Below are positions 1-8,876 of a DNA stretch of 64,000 nt, one piece after another. The notes beneath the pieces are model-generated. The model was not told the origin of the DNA, searched no databases, and saw nothing but the letters and a program-made list of their open reading frames with translations. The position numbers and the translations under genes are program-made. This DNA is from Chamaesiphon sp. GTDB lineage: Bacteria > Cyanobacteriota > Cyanobacteriia > Cyanobacteriales > Chamaesiphonaceae. Within the stretch, counting starts at the first letter, position 1. The number at the start of each line of letters is the position of its first letter. The DNA lies in contig CBDFFH010000054.1 of the NCBI GenBank assembly GCA_965246715.1, positions 12,341 through 76,340 of the forward strand, read 5' to 3'.

Positions 1-2
1 GC

Positions 3-770
3 CGCAATTTCAGCCAGCTCGATCTCGCTCTGAGCAGCGAAGTTTCCCAACGTCACATTAGTTTTCTCGAATCGGGACGCGCTAAACCCAGTCAGGAGAT
101 GGTGTTGCAATTGGCAACCGTTTTGGAAATTCCCCTTAGACAGCAGAATTTGTTATTGTCAGCCGCTGGATTTGCCCCGATTCACACCGAGACGGATTTA
201 TCGGCTCCAGAAATGGCTCCCGTGCGAAAAGCGATCGATCTAATGCTGTGTCAACACGAGCCATATCCAGCATTTGCGATCGATCGCTACTGGAATTTAC
301 TCCTAACTAATAACGGTGCAACGCGATTGCTCGGCGCGTTCATCGCTCCAGAAAAACTGCACAGTCTCTTCTATACCGACAGCAAGATTAATCTCATGCG
401 GGTGATATTTCATCCCCAAGGGCTGCGTCCGTTTATAGTTAACTGGGAGAGCATTGTCGGCCATTCATTGCAACGACTGCATCGAGAAATGTTAATCGAG
501 CGGGAAAGAGATCTTTCCACTGTATTGATGAATGAACTGATGAGTTATCCAGATGTCCATCGGATCTGGCAAATCGATCGGGATACCGCCCAACATACCT
601 TGCTATTGAACACTCATTTTAAACGCGACGAGCTAGAGTTGAAATTCTTCTCCACGATCGCGACATTAGGCACCCCTTATGACATTACACTTCAGGAACT
701 GCGACTCGAATGTCTATTTCCCGCAGATGAGGCAACAGAGCGCAATTGGCAACAGTTGTCTAGAGAATAA
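3..770 (+). CDS. XRE-family HTH transcriptional regulator with MmyB-like ligand-binding domain (5'-truncated by window edge)
   Basis: Frame is open from base 3 and reads RNFSQLDLALSSEVSQRHISFLESGRAKPSQEMVLQLA (XRE HTH). C-terminal HEPYPAFAIDRYWN and FFSTIATLGTPYDITLQELRLECLFPAD are typical of the MmyB-like domain. Confidence 0.85.
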   Translation, partial: RNFSQLDLALSSEVSQRHISFLESGRAKPSQEMVLQLATVLEIPLRQQNLLLSAAGFAPIHTETDLSAPEMAPVRKAIDLMLCQHEPYPAFAIDRYWNLLLTNNGATRLLGAFIAPEKLHSLFYTDSKINLMRVIFHPQGLRPFIVNWESIVGHSLQRLHREMLIERERDLSTVLMNELMSYPDVHRIWQIDRDTAQHTLLLNTHFKRDELELKFFSTIATLGTPYDITLQELRLECLFPADEATERNWQQLSRE

Positions 771-944
771 AGCCTCTGCTAGTGATGCGTAATGTCCGCC
801 TGTCTCGGCGTGCTAGACCTCCAGGCGGAAAGTGCTACTACTCACATCCTGTATTAGTATATAAGAACTGACACAACAGCCCAAAAACTTACTCCTAAGG
901 AATAAGAATTAAATAACTTACAATTCCTCGTTTGGTGGGGGCAA

Positions 945-993
945 TGTCTTGTCTCGCTTTTTACGTCGGGGAACAAAGGCGTGCGCGAGCCAC
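945..993 (+). repeat. 49-bp structured mini-element M1 (TGTCTTG...GGGAAC...GCCAC)
   Basis: Near-identical copies at 7914-8033 (interrupted) and 6638-6686 (reverse strand, in a different host repeat). Confidence 0.85.
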
Positions 994-1043
994 TGTCTTG
1001 TCGGTTTTTTTATTCGGAGGGAACCTCCGAATAAAACCGCCGC
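994..1043 (+). repeat. 50-bp structured mini-element M2 (TGTCTTG...GGGAAC...GCCGC), tandem to M1
   Basis: Hairpin TATTCGGAGG-GAA-CCTCCGAATA inside a CGGTTT/AAACCG stem; second copy at 8034-8082. Confidence 0.8.
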
Positions 1044-1203
1044 TTCATGAATTGCCCCTACCAAAGATTGGGGTAAGCGTAGATCTGCATCTTATTAAAT
1101 CCTCATTCCTAAGTACTAAAACTATTCACTATTCACTAAAACACTAATAACTTTGTTTTGATGCAAGATGTGAGACTAGTCTAATAATGGTGGTCGATCG
1201 AGT

Positions 1204-2244
1204 CTATTTTAACGATGCCATATCGATGACAAAACGGTATTTCACGTCGCTTTTCACCAATCGATCGTAAGCTTCATTAATTTTCTGAATGGGGATAAGT
1301 TCGATGTCAGCGGTGATGTTGTGCTGACCGCAGAAATCCAACATCTCCTGAGTTTCCTTGATACCGCCAATCAGGGAGCCGCTGAGACTGCGCCGCCCAA
1401 AAATCAGGGTACCCACATTCAGGGACAGCGGTTCAGATGGTACACCCACTTGAGTGAGATTACCGTCGCGTTTTAATAAGAGGATATAGGCGTTGATATC
1501 ATGTTGGGCAGATACGGTGTCGAGAATGAAATCAAAACTCTTAAGCTGCTTTTGCATCTCGTCCGCGTTCTTAGAATTGACGACTTCATCCGCGCCCAAC
1601 CGCATCGCATCTTCAACTTTGTTGGATGAGGTAGTGAAGACCACTACATGTGCGCCCAAAGCCTTGGCTATTTTCACGCCCATGTGCCCCAGCCCACCGA
1701 GTCCGACTATACCCACCTTCTGACCTTTGGTGACATTGTGATAACGCATTGGGGAGTAAGTGGTAATCCCCGCACACAGCAACGGTGCAGTAGCAGCAAG
1801 ATCCAAATTTGGCGGAACTTTCAATACAAAGGCTTCATCCACGACGATCCGATCGGAGTAGCCACCATAGGTGATGCCGTTAGTATGTTTATCAGGAGAG
1901 TTGTAAGTAAAGACGGTATTGTCACAGAACTGCTCGAGATCCTCTTCACAGTTGGCACAAGTGCGGCAAGAGTCTACCATGCAGCCGACTCCAACGGTGT
2001 CACCTACTCTAAATTTCTGGACGTTTGCGCCAACGGCGATTGCCCGTCCGATAATTTCATGACCGGGTACGCAGGGATAACTGGTACCGCTCCACTCGCC
2101 ACGGACGGTATGCAAGTCTGAGTGACAAACCCCGCAATAGAGGATTTCGATCGAGACATCATTTTGGCCGAGATCGCGGCGTTGAAGGTCGAATGGTGCC
2201 AGTGGTGTCGTAGCAGTTTGAGCTGCGTAGGCATGAGTTTTCAT
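1204..2244 (-). CDS. Zn-dependent NAD(P)-linked alcohol dehydrogenase (cinnamyl-alcohol dehydrogenase/YahK-like)
   Basis: CGVCHSD, GHE, CxxCxxC structural Zn site, GLGGLG nucleotide-binding motif, C-terminal YRFVID. Confidence 0.93.
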   Translation of the reverse strand: MKTHAYAAQTATTPLAPFDLQRRDLGQNDVSIEILYCGVCHSDLHTVRGEWSGTSYPCVPGHEIIGRAIAVGANVQKFRVGDTVGVGCMVDSCRTCANCEEDLEQFCDNTVFTYNSPDKHTNGITYGGYSDRIVVDEAFVLKVPPNLDLAATAPLLCAGITTYSPMRYHNVTKGQKVGIVGLGGLGHMGVKIAKALGAHVVVFTTSSNKVEDAMRLGADEVVNSKNADEMQKQLKSFDFILDTVSAQHDINAYILLLKRDGNLTQVGVPSEPLSLNVGTLIFGRRSLSGSLIGGIKETQEMLDFCGQHNITADIELIPIQKINEAYDRLVKSDVKYRFVIDMASLK

Positions 2245-2345
2245 CGATTGTTCTCCTGATTATCTGGATGATTAACACGCAGTTAGGTGCGTCGATCGAA
2301 GCCGCAATTTATACTAGAATTAGGTGTCTGTACCAAAAAGCTCTT

Positions 2346-2552
2346 CTAGGTACTAGTAAGCAGACTGAGCTGTTCTAAAAGTTGCTGAGCGGCTGGCGCA
2401 GAAGATGCGGGGTTTTGCCCAGTGATTAGCAGACCATCTTTGAGCACGTAGGGCTGCCAGTCGGCTACATTGGAATAAAGCCCACCGTTTTGTTTTAGCA
2501 TATCTTCAACCAGAAACGGGACGATCTCAGTTAATCCGGCTGCTTGCTCCAA
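2346..2552 (-). pseudogene. C-terminal fragment of a DJ-1/PfpI (type 1 glutamine amidotransferase-like) protein
   Basis: AGLTEIVPFLVEDMLKQNGGLY...DGLLITGQNPASS is the typical family C-terminus. The N-terminal part with the catalytic Cys is absent and upstream DNA belongs to an AraC remnant. Confidence 0.8.
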
Positions 2553-2599
2553 TTTCAAAATTACCGCCAGCGATCGAGGTAATGGCGAACAACAGTGTG

Positions 2600-3092
2600 T
2601 TAACTAGCTCGATCTGCTGTCGGTGTCGTGCCTGTTAGTTGCCGAAACTGTTGACTAAAATGGCTGTGACTGCTAAATCCACATGCCAAAGCAATGTCTA
2701 GAATCGTTGGGGTGGGCACTCTTCGATCGGGTTGTTTCAATAATCGCTTCGCGCGTTCGATCCGTTGTTGGAGTAGATACTGATAAGGAGCGATTGTTTG
2801 AACTAATGAATCAATATCAAAGTCTGCCGCCGAGATTATCTTGTTGCAATTCGGCTAGAAGCATCAGCCCAATCGCTTCGATCTGACGATCGCGAATCCG
2901 AAATTCAGGAATTAATTCCAAACGATCGGGATGACGATCGAATGCTTCTGTCGCAACTTGTTGGATAAATCGATCTGCAATCCGAATTTGCATGAAGCGA
3001 TCTTCACGATCCTACCGGGCAAAAAACATCGCCGCAGCAGGCGCGATCGCAATGTCACCCTTTCCATACAGCCCTGTATAAGTTTTACCTTT
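2600..3092 (-). pseudogene. AraC-family transcriptional regulator pseudogene
   Basis: Manual minus-strand translation gives KGKTYTGLYGKGDIAIAP...FFAR*DREDRFMQIRI...LELIPEFRIRDRQIEAIGLMLLAELQQDNLGGRL, a frameshift and internal deletion, then IAPYQYLLQQRIERAKRLL...DIALACGFSSHSHFSQQFRQLTGTTP (AraC HTH). Nonsense TAG at 3012-3014; no 5' start visible. Confidence 0.85.
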
Positions 3093-3179
3093 AGCGAGGC
3101 AAGAGACTTTTACCTAATCTGAAGGGAAATGAATCAATTACGAGAAACATGGTGCTAATTTTAGTCTTTTGGAGGCTTT

Positions 3180-3659
3180 ATGACGGTCAATAATTATCTA
3201 TTTTTTACATTAAAACTTTTTGCTGCATTGGGCTGTGGGCTGATAGCTGGAGTTTTCTTTGCCTTTTCAACTTTTGTGATGAAAGCACTTGCCCAGCAAC
3301 CACCAGCACAGGGCATTGCCACCATGCAATCGATTAATATTACGGTGATTAATCCGTTGTTTATGGGCGTATTCCTGGGAACTACGGTGGTTTGTGTTTT
3401 ATCGATCGTCTACTCACTATCACATTGGCAACAACCCGATGCTATTTACCTGCTGGTTGGCAGCTTACTCTATCTCATCGGCACATTCGGCGTGACAATC
3501 GCATTCAATGTACCGTTAAATGACTCGCTGGCAAAGGTTGCTCCACATAGCTCTGATGGTATGAAACTTTGGGCTACATACCAAGTCAGTTGGACATTCT
3601 GGAATCACGTTCGGACGGCAGCAGCAATTGCCGCAGCCGCGATATTTATTTCGAGATAG
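3180..3659 (+). CDS. DUF1772 / anthrone oxygenase-like membrane protein
   Basis: GLIAGVFFAFSTFVMKAL, MQSIN, VTIAFNVPLN, WTFWNHVRT motifs; GGAGG RBS upstream. Confidence 0.85.
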   Translation: MTVNNYLFFTLKLFAALGCGLIAGVFFAFSTFVMKALAQQPPAQGIATMQSINITVINPLFMGVFLGTTVVCVLSIVYSLSHWQQPDAIYLLVGSLLYLIGTFGVTIAFNVPLNDSLAKVAPHSSDGMKLWATYQVSWTFWNHVRTAAAIAAAAIFISR

Positions 3660-3814
3660 CTGATTTCCCGAACATTAGTCTCATCCTTTTTGGAGATGAG
3701 CGTCCGATCGTCTGAGTTGTTAGCTTGGCTAACAATGTTAATTAGTATCGCGATCGGGCTTAATGGCGGCAGCGTTATCGGATGTCTAGCAATACTGCAC
3801 TCGATCGCATTATG

Positions 3815-4708
3815 CTATTTTTCCTGAAGCAGTGGTAAAAATTTCTGAATTAAACCGATCGAGATCGCCGGAAGTTCTAGGTGGGGTGTTAGTCTGGTGT
3901 CATCGAGGTATTCAAAGGCGCGAATTGCAGTGGGATTAATTTGGGCAAAGCGTCGCCCTAGCTCTGGACTGGTATACTCGGTTTTCTGCCCATAAATCAG
4001 CGCGGTTGGGGTAGTCAGCTGAGGAATATACTGCGCTAAATCGAAACTCAAATCGCCCCGGACAAATGCCAGTGCTGCGTATTCCGCGTTAGGTTGCTGT
4101 GCCGATTGGAGGTAAGCTTCGACAATTTCGGGATACACGCGATCGCTGCTGGCAAACTGCCGTTGCTCCAGAAAACTACGAATGCCAATGCTAGTGGCAA
4201 TCCCAGTGCTGTAAAAGACGCGATCTAAAATCGGCGTTCTTACCACCTGAGCAAAGAAGTCTTGCGAATAGTTGCGTCCGAAATCATTTAATCCGGCAGC
4301 AGTTACTAAAATTAATGACTCGAACAGATCGGGACGTGCCACCGCCGCCCGAATCGTAAATGCCGCAGTTAAGCCAGATGCGACGATCGTGACGGGACGA
4401 TCGCTAGTTTGCTTGACAAATTCCTCGATCGTTTGCACATAGTCTTCAACTCGGTAATCGCGTGCGGGATGCGCGGAACGTCCCCAGCCAATGAGATCGG
4501 GAGCCAGGATACGATATTCAGAAGCAAACGCGGGGTAAACTTTCGACCACTCATAAGCAGAGGATCCGCCACCTAAAGCGTGGAGAAATATTAGCGTCTT
4601 TGCTTCTTCACCGAGCCGCTCCCAAGGGTTGCTTTCGGCTGTGTAGTAAACGACTCGACCTAGAGATGTATTCAGCGATCGCGAACCGAAACCGTGCGGT
4701 ATGAACAT
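3815..4708 (-). CDS. Alpha/beta-fold hydrolase (cyanobacterial type)
   Basis: IFLHALGGGSSAYEW, APDLIGWGRS, C-terminal PHLE. Confidence 0.85.
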   Translation of the reverse strand: MFIPHGFGSRSLNTSLGRVVYYTAESNPWERLGEEAKTLIFLHALGGGSSAYEWSKVYPAFASEYRILAPDLIGWGRSAHPARDYRVEDYVQTIEEFVKQTSDRPVTIVASGLTAAFTIRAAVARPDLFESLILVTAAGLNDFGRNYSQDFFAQVVRTPILDRVFYSTGIATSIGIRSFLEQRQFASSDRVYPEIVEAYLQSAQQPNAEYAALAFVRGDLSFDLAQYIPQLTTPTALIYGQKTEYTSPELGRRFAQINPTAIRAFEYLDDTRLTPHLELPAISIGLIQKFLPLLQEK

Positions 4709-5017
4709 GTGTTTAACCTCTACTTGTAAGTACTTTCAAGCGATGCGTTAGTCCGAAACCTTTGCCTCGCGATCTTCCCAGCGAGCGATGTCCCAGTTGT
4801 TCGAGAGTGGGTAGATCCTTGCTCGATCGCACAACCTACTTTTGAGCTTAGGTGAATGTCCTGCAAATATTGCTCTTCCAGGAGAGGGATATTTTCAGCG
4901 CACCAAGTTCTTTAACTTTGCAAGCATTATCTATCCAGTTACCACCTGAATCCTCTAGCCACCAATCCCATTGCCAAGTAGAATATCGATCGAGCACCAT
5001 ATCGCAAGGCAACTACC

Positions 5018-6106
5018 ATGAGTCAAACCCACCGGATCGTCCTATTACCTGGAGATGGTATCGGCCCTGAAATCATGGCAGTAGCGGTAGAAGTGCTAGA
5101 AGTTGTCGCCAAACAAGAACAGCTCAACTTAGAATTTCAGACTCAATTAATCGGCGGTGCCGCGATCGAAGCAACAGGCGAACCATTACCCGCAGCTACT
5201 TTAGACGCTTGCAAACAAAGCGATGGCGTGCTGCTGGCCGCGATCGGTGGTTATCAATGGGACAACTTGCCCCGACACTTGCGCCCCGAGACAGGCTTGT
5301 TGGGATTGAGAGCGGGTTTGGGTTTATTTGCGAATTTACGACCTGCAGCAGTTTTACCTCAGCTTGTCGATGCTTCTACCCTCAAGCGGGAAGTAATTGA
5401 AGGGGTGGATATGATGGTGGTGAGGGAATTGACGGGCGGCGTATATTTTGGCGAACCTAAAGGAATTTTCACCACCGAGACGGGCGAAAAACGGGGTGTG
5501 AATACGATGGCATATACCGAAAGCGAGATCGATCGCATTGCCAAAGTTGGTTTTGAAACCGCCCGCAAACGCACCAAAAAGCTCTGCTCGGTAGATAAAG
5601 CCAATGTGCTGGAAGTCTCACAATTATGGCGCGATCGAGTTACCGCCATGTCTACAGACTATCCCGATATCGAACTCACCCATATGTATGTCGATAATGC
5701 GGCGATGCAGTTAGTGCGCGCACCCAAGCAATTTGACACGATCGTCACTAGCAACTTATTTGGGGATATTCTCTCCGATGCTGCTGCGATGCTCACAGGT
5801 AGTATCGGCATGTTACCATCGGCGAGTTTGGGTGCTACTGGCTTGGGCGTATTCGAGCCAGTTCATGGCTCTGCTCCCGATATTGCCGGACAAGATAAAG
5901 CCAATCCATTGGCTCAGGTGCTGAGTGCGGCGATGTTATTGCGCTATGGATTAAACCAGCCAACTGCTGCCGATCGAATCGAACGCTCGGTCTTGAAAAT
6001 TTTGGATCTGGGTTACAGAACTGGTGATATTATGTCAGCAGGTATGACAGCTGTTGGCTGTCGTGCGATGGGTCGAGTCATCATCGAAGCTCTAGCACAA
6101 CTGTAA
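5018..6106 (+). CDS. leuB: 3-isopropylmalate dehydrogenase
   Basis: [43 protein letters not shown]. Confidence 0.97.
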   Translation: MSQTHRIVLLPGDGIGPEIMAVAVEVLEVVAKQEQLNLEFQTQLIGGAAIEATGEPLPAATLDACKQSDGVLLAAIGGYQWDNLPRHLRPETGLLGLRAGLGLFANLRPAAVLPQLVDASTLKREVIEGVDMMVVRELTGGVYFGEPKGIFTTETGEKRGVNTMAYTESEIDRIAKVGFETARKRTKKLCSVDKANVLEVSQLWRDRVTAMSTDYPDIELTHMYVDNAAMQLVRAPKQFDTIVTSNLFGDILSDAAAMLTGSIGMLPSASLGATGLGVFEPVHGSAPDIAGQDKANPLAQVLSAAMLLRYGLNQPTAADRIERSVLKILDLGYRTGDIMSAGMTAVGCRAMGRVIIEALAQL

Positions 6107-6288
6107 TATGCTTGGCGGTAGTTGCCGATCGCTAAATAGTGTTAGTTCGATCGAATCTGGCGATGCTCGACCCGAACGAACTTATCTCGTTATATTTAGG
6201 CAAGGCAACCCGATTTCTATAAAAATCTTTAACAATAATTTTGGGAATAAGTACCGTGTTTACGATCGAGCAGCCCAAAGCTAAAGCT

Positions 6289-6528
6289 ATGCCAATGCCC
6301 CAGCAAGATTCCTACGGAATATTCGATCCAGCTCTCCTTAGAGCGGCAGAAGATATTTATAGTTTCTATTGTCAGATTAACCCCGATCGCGAACGTCGCA
6401 GACAACCGATCGGGGTAGCGATGAACAAGCGCTCTCATCGCGGCAAATTAATTTTTAGCAGTTATCCGATTCTGCTCCCGGAAGAGTGTTTTATCTCGAT
6501 CCAACAATTGGATACCGAGTTTAATTAG
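6289..6528 (+). CDS. Small hypothetical protein
   Basis: ORF from ATG 6289 (TTG 6241 possible). PIGVA...RGKLIF...PILLPEECF resembles a cyanobacterial hypothetical family. Confidence 0.6.
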   Translation: MPMPQQDSYGIFDPALLRAAEDIYSFYCQINPDRERRRQPIGVAMNKRSHRGKLIFSSYPILLPEECFISIQQLDTEFN

Positions 6529-6546
6529 TGTTAATCCTGATAAATA

Positions 6547-6721
6547 ACCCAAGTTGCTACCTACCTCAAAGCGGTTAAAACCGCTCCTCGTAATGCAAAG
6601 TCCGCCTACGCGGACTTTGCAACATTAGCCACGATTTGCGGCTCGCGCGCGCCTTTGTTCCCCGACGTAAAAAGCGAGACAAGACACAATCGTAGGCATT
6701 TCCATCGGTAGCAACTTGGGT
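6547..6721. mobile_element. MITE family A (ACCCAAGTTGCTAC termini) carrying a reverse-strand M1 module at 6638-6686
   Basis: Perfect TIRs ACCCAAGTTGCTAC/GTAGCAACTTGGGT; 6-bp direct repeat TAAATA at 6541-6546 and 6722-6727; internal hairpins AGCGGTTAAAACCGCT and GCAAAGTCCGC-CTAC-GCGGACTTTGC. Confidence 0.9.
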
Positions 6722-6813
6722 TAAATAGCTATCTAGACAATAGTGACTGGTGAATGGGGAATTATAGATTTAAGTTCTCTAAGTCCATCGCCGCAGGTAG
6801 ATAATTTTAGCAA

Positions 6814-7743
6814 GTGAATATTTACGACGCAATCGTTCAATCGCTCGTATTTTGTGTGGGTGCCGCGATCGGTAGCTTCCTGAATGTAGTAGTTTATCGC
6901 GTTCCGGCAGGTCTATCGGTAATTTGGCCGCCATCGCGCTGTCCCAAATGTTTGCATCAATTAGGTGCGGGTGAAAATATCCCGATTTTGGGCTGGCTCA
7001 TGCTACGCGGGAAATGCCGTCACTGCAAAACGCCGATTGCCGCGCGTTATCCATTAGTCGAAGCGGCGACGGCGATAATTTTTGTGATTGTTTATAATCG
7101 CTTCGGTTTTTCGATCCAGACAGTAGGTTATTCGTTACTAATGTGTTGGTTATTTGCCCTCACGCTAATCGATATCGATACGATGACATTGCCCAATCCC
7201 CTCACCCAATCGGGATTGATATTAGGTCTAATTTTTCAAGCTATTGCTGGATCGATCGACAATCATACACTGCTGGGCAGTAAGGAATACCTGATTCAAG
7301 GCGTATTCGGTATGTTGGTAGGGATCTGGCTCTATGATGCGATCCAACTCGTCGGTAGCATGATGGTGGGGCAATCGGCACAAGGCGGCGGCGATGCCAA
7401 GTTGATGGCGATGATTGGTGCCTGGTTTAACTGGAAATTCGTCTTGCTCTCAGGCATTGCCGCATCTACCTTTGCGTTACTTGGCTTCCTCGCGGTTGCT
7501 GCTGGTTCGATTGTCAAGGGTGGGGGTATTAAAGGTGGGTCGAACAAACTCCTGCAACGTCAACCATTGGGGCCATTTATCGCCCTTGGTGCCACTGTCA
7601 TGCTATTTGGTGAAGATTTGTTCGTCAATACTTATCAACAATTTATGCATTCGTCTTACCGCGACCCTTGTTCGATCGCTTTACTAATTATTCTCGTCGC
7701 ACTCTTATTCTGGACGCGGAGAATGCGCCTTCGCAGTTCGTAA
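6814..7743 (+). CDS. pilD: Type IV prepilin peptidase/N-methyltransferase
   Basis: GSFLNVVVYRVP, SRCPKC, CRHC, RYPLVE, IDIDTMTLP, GGGDAKL, PLGPFIALG. Confidence 0.93.
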   Translation: MNIYDAIVQSLVFCVGAAIGSFLNVVVYRVPAGLSVIWPPSRCPKCLHQLGAGENIPILGWLMLRGKCRHCKTPIAARYPLVEAATAIIFVIVYNRFGFSIQTVGYSLLMCWLFALTLIDIDTMTLPNPLTQSGLILGLIFQAIAGSIDNHTLLGSKEYLIQGVFGMLVGIWLYDAIQLVGSMMVGQSAQGGGDAKLMAMIGAWFNWKFVLLSGIAASTFALLGFLAVAAGSIVKGGGIKGGSNKLLQRQPLGPFIALGATVMLFGEDLFVNTYQQFMHSSYRDPCSIALLIILVALLFWTRRMRLRSS

Positions 7744-7898
7744 CTAAAAGAGAGCGTTGCTTCTTAAGTGCGGTATGAAATGCCGCCAAATGTAGGGAGA
7801 TACTGTCTTGAGCGTCAAGAGGGAAGAGCAAGAAAATTCGGGTCAAAAGGTTGTTGAGATTTCAGCACCGTTAGATTTTACTCTTTGACCTTCCTTTA

Positions 7899-8152
7899 GG
7901 ATACAAGGGGCAATGTCTTGTCTCGCTGCTTGGTGCGCTTCCATGGACATCGTCTCGGGTCACCCGAGACGTGGAAACCCGTCCGGAGCGCATCCGCTTT
8001 TTACGTCGGGGAACAAAGGCGTGCGCGAGCCGCTGTCTTGTCGGTTTTTTTATGCGGAGGGCACCTCGAATAAAAAAACCGCTTCATGAATTGCCCCTAT
8101 CCAGGATCGGAACGAGGGCAGATTTGCATATTATTAAATCCTCATTCCTAAG
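7899..8152. mobile_element. Family B element copy (left TIR not visible) with nested M1, M4, 22-bp hairpin and M2
   Basis: Same GGGGCAA-M1-M2-TTCATGAATTGCCCC core and TTATTAAATCCTCATTCCTAAG right end as 895-1113, plus 71 extra bp at 7927-7997. Confidence 0.8.
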
Positions 8153-8552
8153 GCACGATTAATACCGGACAAGGGGAGAGATTGATGACTCGGCTTGCTA
8201 CACTGTCGGCAGGATGTTCGAGATCGCCTCTACTGCCCATCACGATGAGATCGACATCGAGTTCGTCAGCAACATCGCAGATCGTAAAAGCGGGCTTTCC
8301 TTCCCGCTGCAAGATATCCGCTTGGATGCCGCGCTTGGCAAACAGCTCCTGCGCCGAATGTAACAATCGATCGATCGCATCCGGAGATTGCATGACCGGA
8401 TCGTCCAAAACCTCAGCATCGAGATCTGGAGTCTCGATCACCGACAATAAAGTTAACTTGCTTTGATACTTTTGCACTAGATCGATCGCCACAGCGATCG
8501 CCTCTTGAGCTTCGCGGCTGCGATCGAGCGGAAATAGGATTTTGTTAAACAT
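8148..8552 (-). CDS. Universal stress protein (UspA family)
   Basis: MFNKILFPLD, ICDVADEL, LIVMGSRG, SVASRVINLSPCPVLIVP. Confidence 0.92.
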   Translation of the reverse strand: MFNKILFPLDRSREAQEAIAVAIDLVQKYQSKLTLLSVIETPDLDAEVLDDPVMQSPDAIDRLLHSAQELFAKRGIQADILQREGKPAFTICDVADELDVDLIVMGSRGDLEHPADSVASRVINLSPCPVLIVP

Positions 8553-8876
8553 ATACTGAGGCTAAATAATCCTGGGGTTTATCCTCTTACCACCCCATTT
8601 TCGATCCCTAACCTCAACTCTAATCAGATTAGTAACAAATCTACACGAGTTTTCCGGTAGAATTGAGTACAGCAAGGCTAAATGTTGTGTTGACTACAGT
8701 TTAAAGATCGGTATTAATACTAATTTTCTCGGTTTTATCGCGATTTCATCACGATCGCAAGATATCCTAGTAGCGACTGACTAGTGAAGGAAAAATCGTG
8801 TTTCACTAATGCGACAAACGCGATCGATATTAGCTAACAACAAATAATCAAAATCGTTTTTTAAGGAGTTTAACAA

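Larger units (their letters stand above)
895..1113. mobile_element. MITE-like element, family B (22-bp imperfect TIRs around a GGGGCAA|TTCATGAATTGCCCC palindrome carrying two ~49-bp modules)
   Basis: Left end CTAAGGAATAAGAATTAAATAA matches the revcomp of the right end (CTTAGGAATGAGGATTTAATAA) at 18/22. A second copy at 7899-8152 shares the core and right end. Confidence 0.75.
841..1174. mobile_element. Outer MITE-like element with imperfect terminal inverted repeats, enclosing the 895-1113 element
   Basis: CTCACATCCTGTATTA (841-856) versus TGATGCAAGATGTGAG (1159-1174, revcomp CTCACATCTTGCATCA): 13/16 match. Confidence 0.55.

Noticed and set aside
932..1147. 71-aa ORF, and similar ORFs at 7971-8162, 22729-22935 and 47522-47704
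   Set aside because: They lie within the non-coding repeats; their mutual similarity reflects the repeat, not a protein family.
2683..3122. Plus-strand ORFs of 67 and 63 aa
   Set aside because: Antisense shadows of the AraC pseudogene.
7755..7890. Possible IS-end remnant (GCGTTGCTTCTTAAGTGCGGTATGAA) replacing the left end of the family B copy
   Set aside because: Single copy, no partner inverted repeat and no transposase reading frame; cannot be supported from this window.
945..8082. CRISPR-like reading of the recurring GTTCCCC/GGGGAAC-containing units
   Set aside because: Copies are dispersed or directly adjacent with no unique spacers at regular spacing, and there are no cas genes.
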